Origin: Promethearchaeota archaeon
Lineage (GTDB): Archaea > Asgardarchaeota > Lokiarchaeia > Sigyniarchaeales > SOKP01
Reading direction: 5' to 3'
DNA length: 64,000 nt
NCBI GenBank assembly: GCA_048941265.1
Contig: JBHLNT010000005.1
Location: 10,701-74,700, forward strand
Part shown: positions 30,854 to 40,530 of the stretch, piece by piece
Layout of the letters: each line of letters starts with the position of its first letter
How positions within the stretch are numbered: the first letter of the stretch is position 1
The notes under the pieces: generated by a model
What the model saw: only the letters and a program-made list of their open reading frames with translations
Databases searched by the model: none
What the model was told of the DNA's origin: nothing
Made by a program: the position numbers and the translations under genes

Positions 30854-31014
30854 ATTCTCTTTTCATTAGGGATAATTCCGATGGTAGAACATCCAGTAAT
30901 TTTATTTTCAAGATCAATCCAATTCCAATAGTATGCTTCACGCCACTTTTGAATCTCTCCGGGTTTATGGAGCAACTCATCTTCATCCTTTAGAATATTA
31001 TTTTTTATTTTCAA
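30850..31014 (-). pseudogene. Truncated 54-codon remnant paralogous to the N-terminus of 31151-32140
   Basis: TTG start; MKIKNNILKDEDELLHKPGEIQKWREAYYWNWIDLENKITGCSTIGIIPNEKRI* aligns to H...W.ESYY.....EQNIGGVSRIGFKPN. Confidence 0.65.
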
Positions 31015-31150
31015 TTCTATCCTTTAGTAGAAGTCGTTTTTTGAAATTTTAAATAATTTAAAACCTTAAATTATTTAAACTTTTTAAACAACCATTCAAG
31101 ATGTTTTACTTAATGTTTTACACAAAAATGGAAATGAGAAGATTTTAAAG

Positions 31151-32140
31151 ATGGAACCAATCACTCATAAACGTGAGTCTGATCATCCAGAGTGGAATGA
31201 GTCTTATTATTTAGCATTTTTTAACAAAGAGCAGAATATTGGTGGAGTAAGTAGGATAGGATTTAAACCAAATAAAAAAGAAGGTATGACTTTTTTTTTT
31301 GTTTTTTTGCCCGATGGGACAGCCGCCATATATCATCAAGAAGAGGAAATTGATGATTATTTAAAATTACCGGCTGTGGGTGGGATGATTCATAATTGTC
31401 AACCAGATGGAAATTGGAATTATAATTTTCAGGGTAAGATGGTTTTTTTAAATAATCCAGAAGATCTGCCAAAGATTAGTGAACAATCCAAATTAAGTTT
31501 ATTATTTCAAGTAATTCGGAAAAAAATATACAAAAAACAAGTTAAAATGAGCCTTTCTTTTACTCCTATTAATGATGTATATGAATATAGCAAGTTTATG
31601 ACTCCCGAATCTTTAGAACTCGGAAAAAAAGCAGGAGATAAACACTGGGAACAAATAGCTATTGTATCTGGAGAAATTCAAATAGGAGATAAAAATTATA
31701 TTATCAAAAATACTATAGCACAAAGGGACCATACTTATGGGATTAGAGACTGGACAGGTGTCGGGAATTGGCTATATTATGTAATTTGGTTCAATAAAAA
31801 CTTGGCAATTAATCCTGCTGCTATAATAGCGGATGACGACCGTTTATCTACAGGCGGTTTTCTTTTTAAAGATGGAAAAAATATTCCATTAAAAACTATA
31901 CGGATTGTAGATCAGCAATTTCGGGAAGATGGTGTCTTACCGATCAGTTCAGAATTAGAGATTGTCGATTTTTCAGGACAAAAACATATTTTAAAAGCAC
32001 AAGTTGGACCTATTATTCCAGTCCCTTTTGAAGATAAAGGAGGAAATAAAGCTATTCTTGTTCAATCATTTGGAAGTTTTGAATTAGATGGCATTTCTGG
32101 AGGGTATGGAACTTTTGAAACATTAAGAAGAGTTAGTTAA
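31151..32140 (+). CDS. Hypothetical protein, tocopherol cyclase/AttH-like beta-barrel fold
   Basis: WNESYY, HWEQ...G.I.I, RDHTYG.RDW motifs. Confidence 0.7.
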   Translation: MEPITHKRESDHPEWNESYYLAFFNKEQNIGGVSRIGFKPNKKEGMTFFFVFLPDGTAAIYHQEEEIDDYLKLPAVGGMIHNCQPDGNWNYNFQGKMVFLNNPEDLPKISEQSKLSLLFQVIRKKIYKKQVKMSLSFTPINDVYEYSKFMTPESLELGKKAGDKHWEQIAIVSGEIQIGDKNYIIKNTIAQRDHTYGIRDWTGVGNWLYYVIWFNKNLAINPAAIIADDDRLSTGGFLFKDGKNIPLKTIRIVDQQFREDGVLPISSELEIVDFSGQKHILKAQVGPIIPVPFEDKGGNKAILVQSFGSFELDGISGGYGTFETLRRVS

Positions 32141-32272
32141 AAATAGAGAAATAGTTTTTCTTAAAAGATATGAAAAAGAAATTTAAAATATAAACGAATA
32201 AACATAAAATTAAATATGTTTTAGTTTTTATTATTCTTACAAAGAAAAATTAAGCGAGATGAATCTAATAGT

Positions 32273-32671
32273 ATGGTATCAAGATTAGACTTAGTTTTAA
32301 AAGAATTAAATGAAAACGGAAATTTTCGGGCCTCTTTGTTTTCAACTAGCACGGGCTTAGTTCTCGCTTCACAGAAAGCAGAAGATGTTGATGAGAGGGT
32401 TGTTGCTGCCATGGGAACGCTCTTGAGCGATGCGGCAATTAGCGCTGGTAAAGAAATGAATTTATCTGAAGCTCAAATAATGAAAATTTTTTATAAAAAA
32501 GACTATATAATCTGTAGAACAATATTTATGCCAGATGGCAAGACTCAATTTTTATTAGCTGTTCTATCAAAAACACCTGATAGTGATGATGTAGAGAAAT
32601 ATTTCGACCAACTCTTAGATTGGGCTGTAGAGAACTCTACACCTGATTTAGAAAAGCTCTCAAGTATATAA
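32273..32671 (+). CDS. Roadblock/LC7 domain protein
   Basis: Size and STSTGLVLAS...VAAMG pattern. Confidence 0.8.
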   Translation: MVSRLDLVLKELNENGNFRASLFSTSTGLVLASQKAEDVDERVVAAMGTLLSDAAISAGKEMNLSEAQIMKIFYKKDYIICRTIFMPDGKTQFLLAVLSKTPDSDDVEKYFDQLLDWAVENSTPDLEKLSSI

Positions 32672-32787
32672 ATAAAATCAAAGGTATTACTTCCATATTT
32701 TTTATCTTAAGAGCAGGCTTTCAAATCTAAAATAATTTATAATTTAGAATTGTAAATTATAAATATCTAATTTTCGTCCCAATATTT

Positions 32788-33825
32788 ATGAAAGCAGCTT
32801 TTATAAATGAACATGGTGGTTTGGAAAAAATTCAAATAGGGGAAGTGGAGGTTCCTGAAGTCGGTCCTAATGATGTACTTATTGAAACCAAATTTGGAGC
32901 ATTAAACCATTTAGATCTTTTTGTTATAAGGGGAATGCCGGGATTAACGTTATCTATGCCTCATGTGATCGGAGCGGATGGTAGTGGAATTATAAAAGAA
33001 GTGGGATCAGAAGTATCTACAGTTTCTAAAGGCGATAAAATTACTTTAAATCCTGGACTTAGCTGTGGAAAATGTAAAATGTGCCTTTCAGGACAACAAG
33101 TGCTATGTAAACAGTTTTCTATACTAGGGGAAGCTAACTGGGGTACTTTCGCTCGATACATTAAAATACCTGAAATAAATGTCTTAAAGATCCCTAAGGA
33201 TTATCCTTTTGATAAAGCTGCCGCGGCTCCTTTAACCTTTCTAACTGCTTGGAGGATGTTAACAACTCAAGCGAAAATCAAACATGATGAGTTTGTATTT
33301 ATTCATGGGGCAGGAGGGGGTGTATCTTCTGCTGCTATACAAATTGCTAAATATTTTGGAGCAAAGGTCATAGCAACAACTAGTAGCCCAGAAAAAATTG
33401 AAAAAGCAAAAGATTTGGGAGCAGATCATGTAATTAATTATAAAGAAACGAAAGATTATACAAAATATGTATTTACTGAATTAACTGATAGGCAAGGAAT
33501 AGATATTGTCATCGATAATGTTGGTCAAGCAACATTTCAGACGAGTATTCAGCTGTTAAGGCCGGGAGGGAGATTAATTACTTGTGGTGTAACTTCAGGT
33601 CCATTTACAAAAATCAATGTGACTAATATTTTCTGGAAACATTTAGAAATTAAGGGATCTACGATGGCAAATCAAGGAGATTTTCGGGAAGTAATGGAAT
33701 TAGTTTTAAAGGGGAGATTGAATCCAATTATCGATAAAGTATACCCTCTTGAAAAAGTGAGAGAAGCGGAGCAATATTTAAGTGAAGGAAACCAATTTGG
33801 GAAAGTCTTAATAGATATTTCCTAA
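32788..33825 (+). CDS. Zinc-binding medium-chain dehydrogenase/quinone oxidoreductase
   Basis: NHLD, G.DGSG, CGKCKMC...C, GAGGGV. Confidence 0.92.
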   Translation: MKAAFINEHGGLEKIQIGEVEVPEVGPNDVLIETKFGALNHLDLFVIRGMPGLTLSMPHVIGADGSGIIKEVGSEVSTVSKGDKITLNPGLSCGKCKMCLSGQQVLCKQFSILGEANWGTFARYIKIPEINVLKIPKDYPFDKAAAAPLTFLTAWRMLTTQAKIKHDEFVFIHGAGGGVSSAAIQIAKYFGAKVIATTSSPEKIEKAKDLGADHVINYKETKDYTKYVFTELTDRQGIDIVIDNVGQATFQTSIQLLRPGGRLITCGVTSGPFTKINVTNIFWKHLEIKGSTMANQGDFREVMELVLKGRLNPIIDKVYPLEKVREAEQYLSEGNQFGKVLIDIS

Positions 33826-33830
33826 TTTTT

Positions 33831-34496
33831 TTAGATTATAGATTGATAGAATTTAAAAATTTCCTCAGCAGCTTGGACATCGTACCCCCAATAAAAATGA
33901 TCAGCACCTTCTATGATTTTAAATTTCTTAGGGTTGTGATAAAATTCAAAATGGTCTTGAAATTTACTAAAACTAGCAACATCATCTCGATCTCCTTGTA
34001 TAAATAATTTAGGTTTATCTGATTGAGATAAGTTTTTATATTTTGTGCCCATAAAATCCCAAGGAAATGAAATGGAAGCATATCCAATGATTTTTTCGGA
34101 GTGATTTACTGCAGAACATCCTATAGCTGCTCCATATGAATATCCACAGAGTAAGATTTTCTCAATTTGTTTATTGTTGATCAAAAAATCGATGCAAGCT
34201 TTTACATCGCTTAATTCACCTCTTCCACTAGAATGCGAACCAGTGGATCTTCCAACGGCTCTAAAATTGAATCGTAAGCAAGAAATGTCATTACTCATAA
34301 ATTTAATAAAGACCGCAGACACTACATTGTTATGCATATTCCCCCCAAATTCCTCTAAATCGAGAGAATCTCAATTTATTTGAGGATGGGGGTGGCATAT
34401 AAGAACTGCGGAAGATTTATTTGAGCTTGATTCGTAATATTCTGCTTCCAGTTGATTATTATTATTAGGTATGAAAAAATTCTCAGTATTTCCCAT
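33831..34496 (-). CDS. Alpha/beta hydrolase (211 aa after removal of putative intron 34350-34379)
   Basis: ATG at 34496 gives MGNTENFF...LEAEY...VLICHPHPQ|FGGNMHNNVV...RFNFRAVGRS...GYSYG...GDRD...ADHF. The ORF track sees only the part after the insert. Confidence 0.88.
34350..34379 (-). other. Putative 30-nt BHB-type mRNA intron
   Basis: CCTC-AAA-[TAAATTGAGA TTC TCTCGATTTA]-GAGG-AAT; contains in-frame TGA; excision at canonical BHB sites restores CAA TTT. Confidence 0.8.
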
Positions 34497-34545
34497 AATA
34501 TTAATTAAGTATTGAAATTATAAAAATTATATAAAAGAGAAATCG

Positions 34546-35406
34546 ATGATTATGAGCTACAATAAAATCGTTATTGAGAAAAAATTGCGCGATTTTTTAG
34601 AAGAAGATTGTAATTTCATCGATGTCAGCACGATTAATATCCCCGAAGATGCAGAAGTTTCAGCAAAAATTATTGCTAAAAGCAGCGGTTTTATTTCTGG
34701 GCTTGAGGAATTAAAAATTTTATTTGATATGTTGAACGTCTCAACAAAATTCTTAAAAAAAGATGGAAAAAAGGTTAAAAAAGGAGAAATTGTAGTGGAA
34801 TTAAAAGGTAGTGCCATTAATATCCTATTAGGAGAAAGAGTGGGGCTAAATCTCATTACACATATGAGTGCCATTACAACTACTACTAGGAAATTTGTTA
34901 AGATTATTGATGAATCAGGCAAAAAAGTCAAAATAGCATGCACACGAAAAACTCTGCCTGGACTTCGAATTTTCGAAAAAAAGGCAGTAACTTTAGGCGG
35001 TGGTGATCCCCATAGATTTTCTTTAGATGATATGATTTTATTAAAAGATACCCATTTAAGGTATTATAAAGGAGATGTAGGAGAACTCCTTAACCATGTA
35101 AAAGAAACTGCGAGCTTTTCAAAAAAAATTGAAATTGAAGTTGAAAAACCTGACGATGCGTTAGTGGCAGCACAAAATGGCGCAGACATTATTATGCTTG
35201 ATAATATGACTCCCGATCAGGTTGAAGATGTAATGAAATTATTAAAAGAGCAGAATTTAAGGGAAAATATTATAATAGAAATTTCAGGGGGAATTAATGA
35301 AGATAATATAGTTGATTATCTGATTTCTTCGCCTGATATCATTAGTACAAGTGAATTAACCCAATTTCCTTCAGAAAAGTTGGATTTATCATTGCGATTC
35401 GATTAA
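34546..35406 (+). CDS. nadC: Nicotinate-nucleotide pyrophosphorylase (quinolinate PRTase)
   Basis: TRKTLPG, HR..LDD, KD.H, EIEVE, IMLDN, SGGI. Confidence 0.96.
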   Translation: MIMSYNKIVIEKKLRDFLEEDCNFIDVSTINIPEDAEVSAKIIAKSSGFISGLEELKILFDMLNVSTKFLKKDGKKVKKGEIVVELKGSAINILLGERVGLNLITHMSAITTTTRKFVKIIDESGKKVKIACTRKTLPGLRIFEKKAVTLGGGDPHRFSLDDMILLKDTHLRYYKGDVGELLNHVKETASFSKKIEIEVEKPDDALVAAQNGADIIMLDNMTPDQVEDVMKLLKEQNLRENIIIEISGGINEDNIVDYLISSPDIISTSELTQFPSEKLDLSLRFD

Positions 35407-35407
35407 A

Positions 35408-35800
35408 TTAATCAATAACGATCTCGTGAATTGAACTAATTACTTCTTTAATTTTAGATAAAGAATTTTTTAAATCTTTAATTAGACCAAATTCTCCTAC
35501 AGCTAAGATGAGTTCAATTTTTTTATCAACAATACGCCAATCAGTTATAGTCTTTATAATTTGTTTGTATTGAGAATAAATTTCAGCGATTTCATCAATT
35601 ATGACTTCTTTGAATGGATAAACCAGACTTATGGTCATAATTTTATAACCCTCTAAATTATCAAATTTCTCTTGATCTTCAATAAAATTTACTATTGCTC
35701 CTCTTAAGGCTTCGCTTTTTGAATTGAATCCGCTAACATTTCGCACCTTTTCAAATCGCTCTAATAAATCATCACTTATTTGTAGTGATATAATGGGCAT
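35408..35800 (-). CDS. CopG/NikR-like ribbon-helix-helix regulator
   Basis: IISLQI.DDLL...SKSEALR RHH domain plus ACT-like C-terminal domain; NikR His ligands absent. Confidence 0.8.
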   Translation of the reverse strand: MPIISLQISDDLLERFEKVRNVSGFNSKSEALRGAIVNFIEDQEKFDNLEGYKIMTISLVYPFKEVIIDEIAEIYSQYKQIIKTITDWRIVDKKIELILAVGEFGLIKDLKNSLSKIKEVISSIHEIVID

Positions 35801-35971
35801 TATAAACTCATATAGTTAAATTTTCTAATTAAGATTTATTCAACCCCAGTGGATTTTATTAATTCCTTAATTTTTTAAAATTATTTGTTTTTTCCCAAAA
35901 CTAATCAAAAGTTTTAATAATTTTTGAAAAAAACACTAAATTAAGCTGTAATATTTTATTTTTTTTGGAAA

Positions 35972-37354
35972 ATGGGATTTAGGATGGAGAATATAAAATC
36001 TGATAAACTTAGTAATAGAACAAAAATAGGGTATGCATTAGGAGCAATCCCAAACGGGCTTCTCATATACATCTTCGATTTAAAGTATATCGAATTCTTT
36101 TTCAATAACCTCCGATTGCTTCCTATATATTTTATCGCAGGACAGATTATTTATCTAATTATTAATGCTCTCAACGATCCGCTATTAGGACATTTGTCAG
36201 ATAAGACTAATCGTGAAAAATGGGGTAGTAGGAGGATAATTTATATTAAATATTTCGGACCCGTATGGGCATTAGCATTTCTTCTTGTATGGTTTCCGTG
36301 GAGTTTTGACAATCAAATAATAATATTTATTCACTACTGCGTGGCGATATGCTTATTCGATACACTATTTACTTTGGTCGTGACAGTATGGTTGGCGCTT
36401 TTACCAGAAATGACCTCGGATACTGATGAGAGAAGTAGCGTTCAATTCTTAGTACTTATAATTGGGGCATTAGTCGTCCTACCGATGCTTTTCATAATAG
36501 GAACAATGAAACCTATTTCTTTAACATTTAAAATTATTGTTATTATAGTAGCAATTATTTCGACAGTAATGCAACTTATTGTCGCTAAGATGTGTAAGGA
36601 AAGACCAGAATTTCAAAAAGACGAAGTGTTTCCATTATGGAGATCATTAAAAGAATGTTTTAAGTTAAAATCCTTTAAACTTTACTTAGGATGGATTTTT
36701 TTTGCTACACTATATGGCAGTATAAATTTAAGTTATTTATTTGCTTACTTATTGATTCTTGGAGAGAACGGATTTATTATTTTTTTCTTACTATACGTCT
36801 TTGGGTACTATAGTTCATATGCCATCTGTTTGAAGTTAAGACCAAAATGGGGCATAAGAAAGATACTCCTTCGATTCGGACTATTAAGGGTAATTGGAGC
36901 AACAACCTGCTTCTTTTTATGGCTTTCAACTGCCTTAAGCTTTTTTATAATATTGGGTTATGCATGTTTAGTATTTTTTGGAGGGTATTCTATCTTTACA
37001 TTTCCACTATTATATCTATCCATCGACGAGGATGAGGTTATCCATGGGACACGTAGAGATGGTATGTTTCAAGGACTTCAAGCACTCTTTAATAAGCCGG
37101 CTGTTAGCATTGGCCCTATTATTGCAACAATAATGTTAATATCATTTGGATATGTTCAAGGTTCTGAAACTCAACCAGATTCAGCTTTATTTGGTATAAC
37201 TTTATTGTTTCTGATTTTTCCTGCCGTAGTAATCGGAATAAGTCTGATTTTTATCTACTTTTATCCTTTATACGGTCAAACTTTAATTGAAATGAAGGAT
37301 AAGCTTGAGCAGATTCATAAAAAGAAACGTGGTTTGTTACAAAATAATTCTTAA
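35972..37354 (+). CDS. MFS transporter (GPH/MelB-like)
   Basis: NALNDPLLG.LSD...RR; about 12 TM helices. Confidence 0.9.
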   Translation: MGFRMENIKSDKLSNRTKIGYALGAIPNGLLIYIFDLKYIEFFFNNLRLLPIYFIAGQIIYLIINALNDPLLGHLSDKTNREKWGSRRIIYIKYFGPVWALAFLLVWFPWSFDNQIIIFIHYCVAICLFDTLFTLVVTVWLALLPEMTSDTDERSSVQFLVLIIGALVVLPMLFIIGTMKPISLTFKIIVIIVAIISTVMQLIVAKMCKERPEFQKDEVFPLWRSLKECFKLKSFKLYLGWIFFATLYGSINLSYLFAYLLILGENGFIIFFLLYVFGYYSSYAICLKLRPKWGIRKILLRFGLLRVIGATTCFFLWLSTALSFFIILGYACLVFFGGYSIFTFPLLYLSIDEDEVIHGTRRDGMFQGLQALFNKPAVSIGPIIATIMLISFGYVQGSETQPDSALFGITLLFLIFPAVVIGISLIFIYFYPLYGQTLIEMKDKLEQIHKKKRGLLQNNS

Positions 37355-37410
37355 ACTATTTGATAACTTTTATTAATAAAATTTTATGATTTTTTACTCT
37401 TTTCTTAATA

Positions 37411-38085
37411 TTATTTTTTTTTTAATCTCCGGGGATAACAGGCAAATAACGCATTAAATATTTTTTCATGTTCCTCAAAATTTTCTTCAGGTATAGTAAA
37501 TGGCTCTCCTAATTGTAAAGCGCCCCAATATATTTTTGCTATTTTTTCTAAAAATACAGCAAATCTAACAGTATGGTCAACCGATTTTCCACAAACAATT
37601 GCCCCATGGTTCGCAAGTATTGCAGCATTATTAATTCCTAGAGCTTCAATTGCGCTTGTACCCATCTCATCTGTGTGTGCCTTCGTGATTTCAGTGCAAC
37701 GGATTTCCCCTCCAAGGAAGATGATCTGTTGCTCCATAATAATAGGGATACCTTTTCTAAGAATGGAAAGCATTGTAACATAAGGTGAATGAGTATGGAT
37801 AATACTTCCAACCTTTGGTCGATCTCTGTAGACTCCTAAATGCATCTTTACTTCTGTTGAGGGCATTACACCTGTACTTAATATATTTCCATCTAAATCC
37901 ATATGAACAATTTTTTCCGGAGTTAATTGATCGTAATTCGTGGAACTAGGGGTAACTAGTATTTCATTTTTGTTTATTCTAGCACTTGTATTCCCTTCTC
38001 CATCTTCGTTTATGCCTTTAGCATAAATCTTTTGAGCTCCCCTCATAACATCCTTTCTTAGTTGTTCGATTTTATCCGATGACAT
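37411..38085 (-). CDS. Class II aldolase/adducin (fuculose-phosphate aldolase-like)
   Basis: GNTSAR, PSTE..MH, HTHS, NHG. Confidence 0.92.
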   Translation of the reverse strand: MSSDKIEQLRKDVMRGAQKIYAKGINEDGEGNTSARINKNEILVTPSSTNYDQLTPEKIVHMDLDGNILSTGVMPSTEVKMHLGVYRDRPKVGSIIHTHSPYVTMLSILRKGIPIIMEQQIIFLGGEIRCTEITKAHTDEMGTSAIEALGINNAAILANHGAIVCGKSVDHTVRFAVFLEKIAKIYWGALQLGEPFTIPEENFEEHEKIFNALFACYPRRLKKK

Positions 38086-38320
38086 ATGTTTTTTAATAAA
38101 TCAATGTTAATGAATTTTAGGATTGTTAAATTTAACGATGTTTATTAGATAACCATATTTAAATTATTTTGATGGATTCTCTTAGGAGATTTAATTTGCC
38201 ATAATTTTAATTAAAATTATTAAATTGTTATAGTCTTGAATTTTTAATTTTAAAATGAAATATCAAATTTGATAATTAATATTTCAGTATATATTTGAGT
38301 TAAATTATCAAGTAATAATC

Positions 38321-39409
38321 ATGAAGCGTTTTATATTACATTGTGATTTAGATAGTTTCTTTGCATCAGTCGAGATACGTGATCATCCAGAATATAAAGG
38401 AAAAGCTGTAATAATCGGAGCAGATCCAAAGGAAGGTAAAGGACGTGGAGTGGTTTCTACTTGTTCATATGAAGCCAGAAAATTTGGACTCCATTCAGGT
38501 ATGCCTATCTCACAAGCTTATAAAAGGTGCCCCCATGGTATCTATTTAAGGCCTAATTTTGAAAAATATCATAAGGCATCTAACGATGTAATGAGGATTA
38601 TCAAGGATTATTCACCTCTTTTCCAACAAGTAAGTATAGATGAGGCTTATCTGGACCTTACTAATATTTGTTCTAATTTTGAAGAAGTACTCAAAAAAAT
38701 CGCCAAATTAAAAAACGAGATATATGAGAACATCGGAATTACAATATCCGTAGGGTGCGCACCAACAAAATCGTTAGCTAAAATTGCTTCTGATTATAAT
38801 AAACCAAACGGGATCACTATGCTAAAACCTGAATCTTTTAAAGAGTTTATAAAAGATCTGGACATTACACGTATTCCCGGAATAGGGAAAAAAACTAAGG
38901 TATATTATTATAAAAAAGGAATAAGGAAAATCGGAGATATACTAAATACTCCCTTAAACAAGATGATTAGGAAATTCGGAAAATCCGGTGAATGGGTGTG
39001 GAAGGTAGCAAATGGAGTTGATTCGAGGGAAGTCAAAGAATTTGAAGGAGAAAGAAAGTCAATTAGTAAAGAAAGAACTTTTTTTGAGGATACATCCGAT
39101 TTTGAGGTTATTTTAAGTAAACTTGAGGATCTAAATGAGAGAATTAATAAAACAATAATGAAACATAATATCTATTACCGTACTATTACGCTAAAAATAA
39201 GGTTTGAAGGATTCTTAACTTATACTCGCTCTAAAACATTAGCTTATCCTATTCAAGATAAATCTAAAGTTATAAAAGTTATCTTAGAACTTTATAAAGA
39301 ATTTTCACACTCAGAAAAAAAGATCAGATTAGTGGGAATAAAACTTTCGAATTTAGAAAAAAATTTAAGCTCAAAACAGTGTGATCTCATAAAATTTGCT
39401 TCGACTTAA
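38321..39409 (+). CDS. dinB: DNA polymerase IV (Y family)
   Basis: HCDLDSFFASVE, YEAR, SIDEAY. Confidence 0.96.
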   Translation: MKRFILHCDLDSFFASVEIRDHPEYKGKAVIIGADPKEGKGRGVVSTCSYEARKFGLHSGMPISQAYKRCPHGIYLRPNFEKYHKASNDVMRIIKDYSPLFQQVSIDEAYLDLTNICSNFEEVLKKIAKLKNEIYENIGITISVGCAPTKSLAKIASDYNKPNGITMLKPESFKEFIKDLDITRIPGIGKKTKVYYYKKGIRKIGDILNTPLNKMIRKFGKSGEWVWKVANGVDSREVKEFEGERKSISKERTFFEDTSDFEVILSKLEDLNERINKTIMKHNIYYRTITLKIRFEGFLTYTRSKTLAYPIQDKSKVIKVILELYKEFSHSEKKIRLVGIKLSNLEKNLSSKQCDLIKFAST

Positions 39410-39445
39410 AGAAATTAAATACTTATTGAGCGCTCTTATTCTTGT

Positions 39446-40372
39446 TTAAATTGAAAAGAATTTGTTTCTAATAAATACAGCAACCTCATCATGTAAGGCA
39501 CCATTAGAAGTGATAATACCTGGTGCTCTTAAGATACATTTTTCATCTTTGAAAACTAGACGTTCTTCGTCAAGATCTGTAACTTTGCCACCTGCTTCTC
39601 TAACTAATAAATCACCTGGCCCATAATCCCACGTAAATGCTCGAAATCCCATTATTGGTTTAATGTATAAATCATAACTTCCATCAGCTACTAAACAAAA
39701 TTTTGCCATACTATCCATCTTGATACGTTTTTCTATTCCAAGTTTATCGGCAAATTGCGTTACCCATGGCAAATCATAATGTAATGATTGACATAATCTT
39801 GCTTTTTTAAGATTAATTTGATTACTTACGTGAATAGATTCAAAATTCTTTCCTCCGTAAGAAGCTTTTGCTCCCTGACCTTGTTCAGCAGTAAAAATTG
39901 CTATACCATTATTCTTATATTGAGGAACATTAATAACACTGATTTTTGGATCTGAATTGACCATTAATCCAATTCCTATGGCATATTTTAAACCTTTCAT
40001 ATATCCCTTTGTTCCATCGATGGGATCTACTGTCCACTGTCTTGCTGACTTTTGACCACGATAATTAAATAAATTTTTGAGGTCTGTTATATCATTAATA
40101 TCTAAATCATTAAAGCATTCTTTAATCTGGCTAGCTGAATTATCATCAATCAATTCCATTTCATTTTCTTCAGCAATAACTTGATCTTTAGGAAAACTTA
40201 CTTTAAGCCGGCTTAAAATATAAATTTGGGAGGAATAGTCGGCAACAGTAGCCGGGGATCTATCCTTTTTTAAATAAGTTTCAACTCCTTTCTTTTTAAA
40301 CCATTCCGTAATTTCAGAAGCCTTTTTAACGAGATCCACAGCCAAGGATATTTCCCTATTATATTGAGACAC
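39446..40372 (-). CDS. 3'(2'),5'-bisphosphate nucleotidase/inositol monophosphatase family (HAL2-like)
   Basis: TVADY, AEE, DPIDGTKG, WD. Confidence 0.88.
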   Translation of the reverse strand: MSQYNREISLAVDLVKKASEITEWFKKKGVETYLKKDRSPATVADYSSQIYILSRLKVSFPKDQVIAEENEMELIDDNSASQIKECFNDLDINDITDLKNLFNYRGQKSARQWTVDPIDGTKGYMKGLKYAIGIGLMVNSDPKISVINVPQYKNNGIAIFTAEQGQGAKASYGGKNFESIHVSNQINLKKARLCQSLHYDLPWVTQFADKLGIEKRIKMDSMAKFCLVADGSYDLYIKPIMGFRAFTWDYGPGDLLVREAGGKVTDLDEERLVFKDEKCILRAPGIITSNGALHDEVAVFIRNKFFSI

Positions 40373-40530
40373 GAACTTTATACCACCTACGTAACTAATT
40401 CATAAAAAAATTGATTTAATAGAATTCAATAGTGTTTTATTCTTATTAAATTAATTCTTAATAGCTTAAAGTTGTCCTTTAATTTGTCCTAAAGATTTAA
40501 CCATCATGTTAAATTTTCATGTCATTAATA

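Noticed and set aside
30729-30986. 85-aa - strand ORF in the track
   Set aside because: Overlaps the lipase gene; the adjacent frame (30850-31014) is the one showing homology.
34350-34379. In-frame TGA read as selenocysteine, or a simple pseudogene
   Set aside because: The TGA lies in a 10-codon insert splitting a conserved motif, not at a Cys-equivalent position. The rest of the gene is intact and BHB geometry predicts exact excision. Not formally excluded without RNA data.
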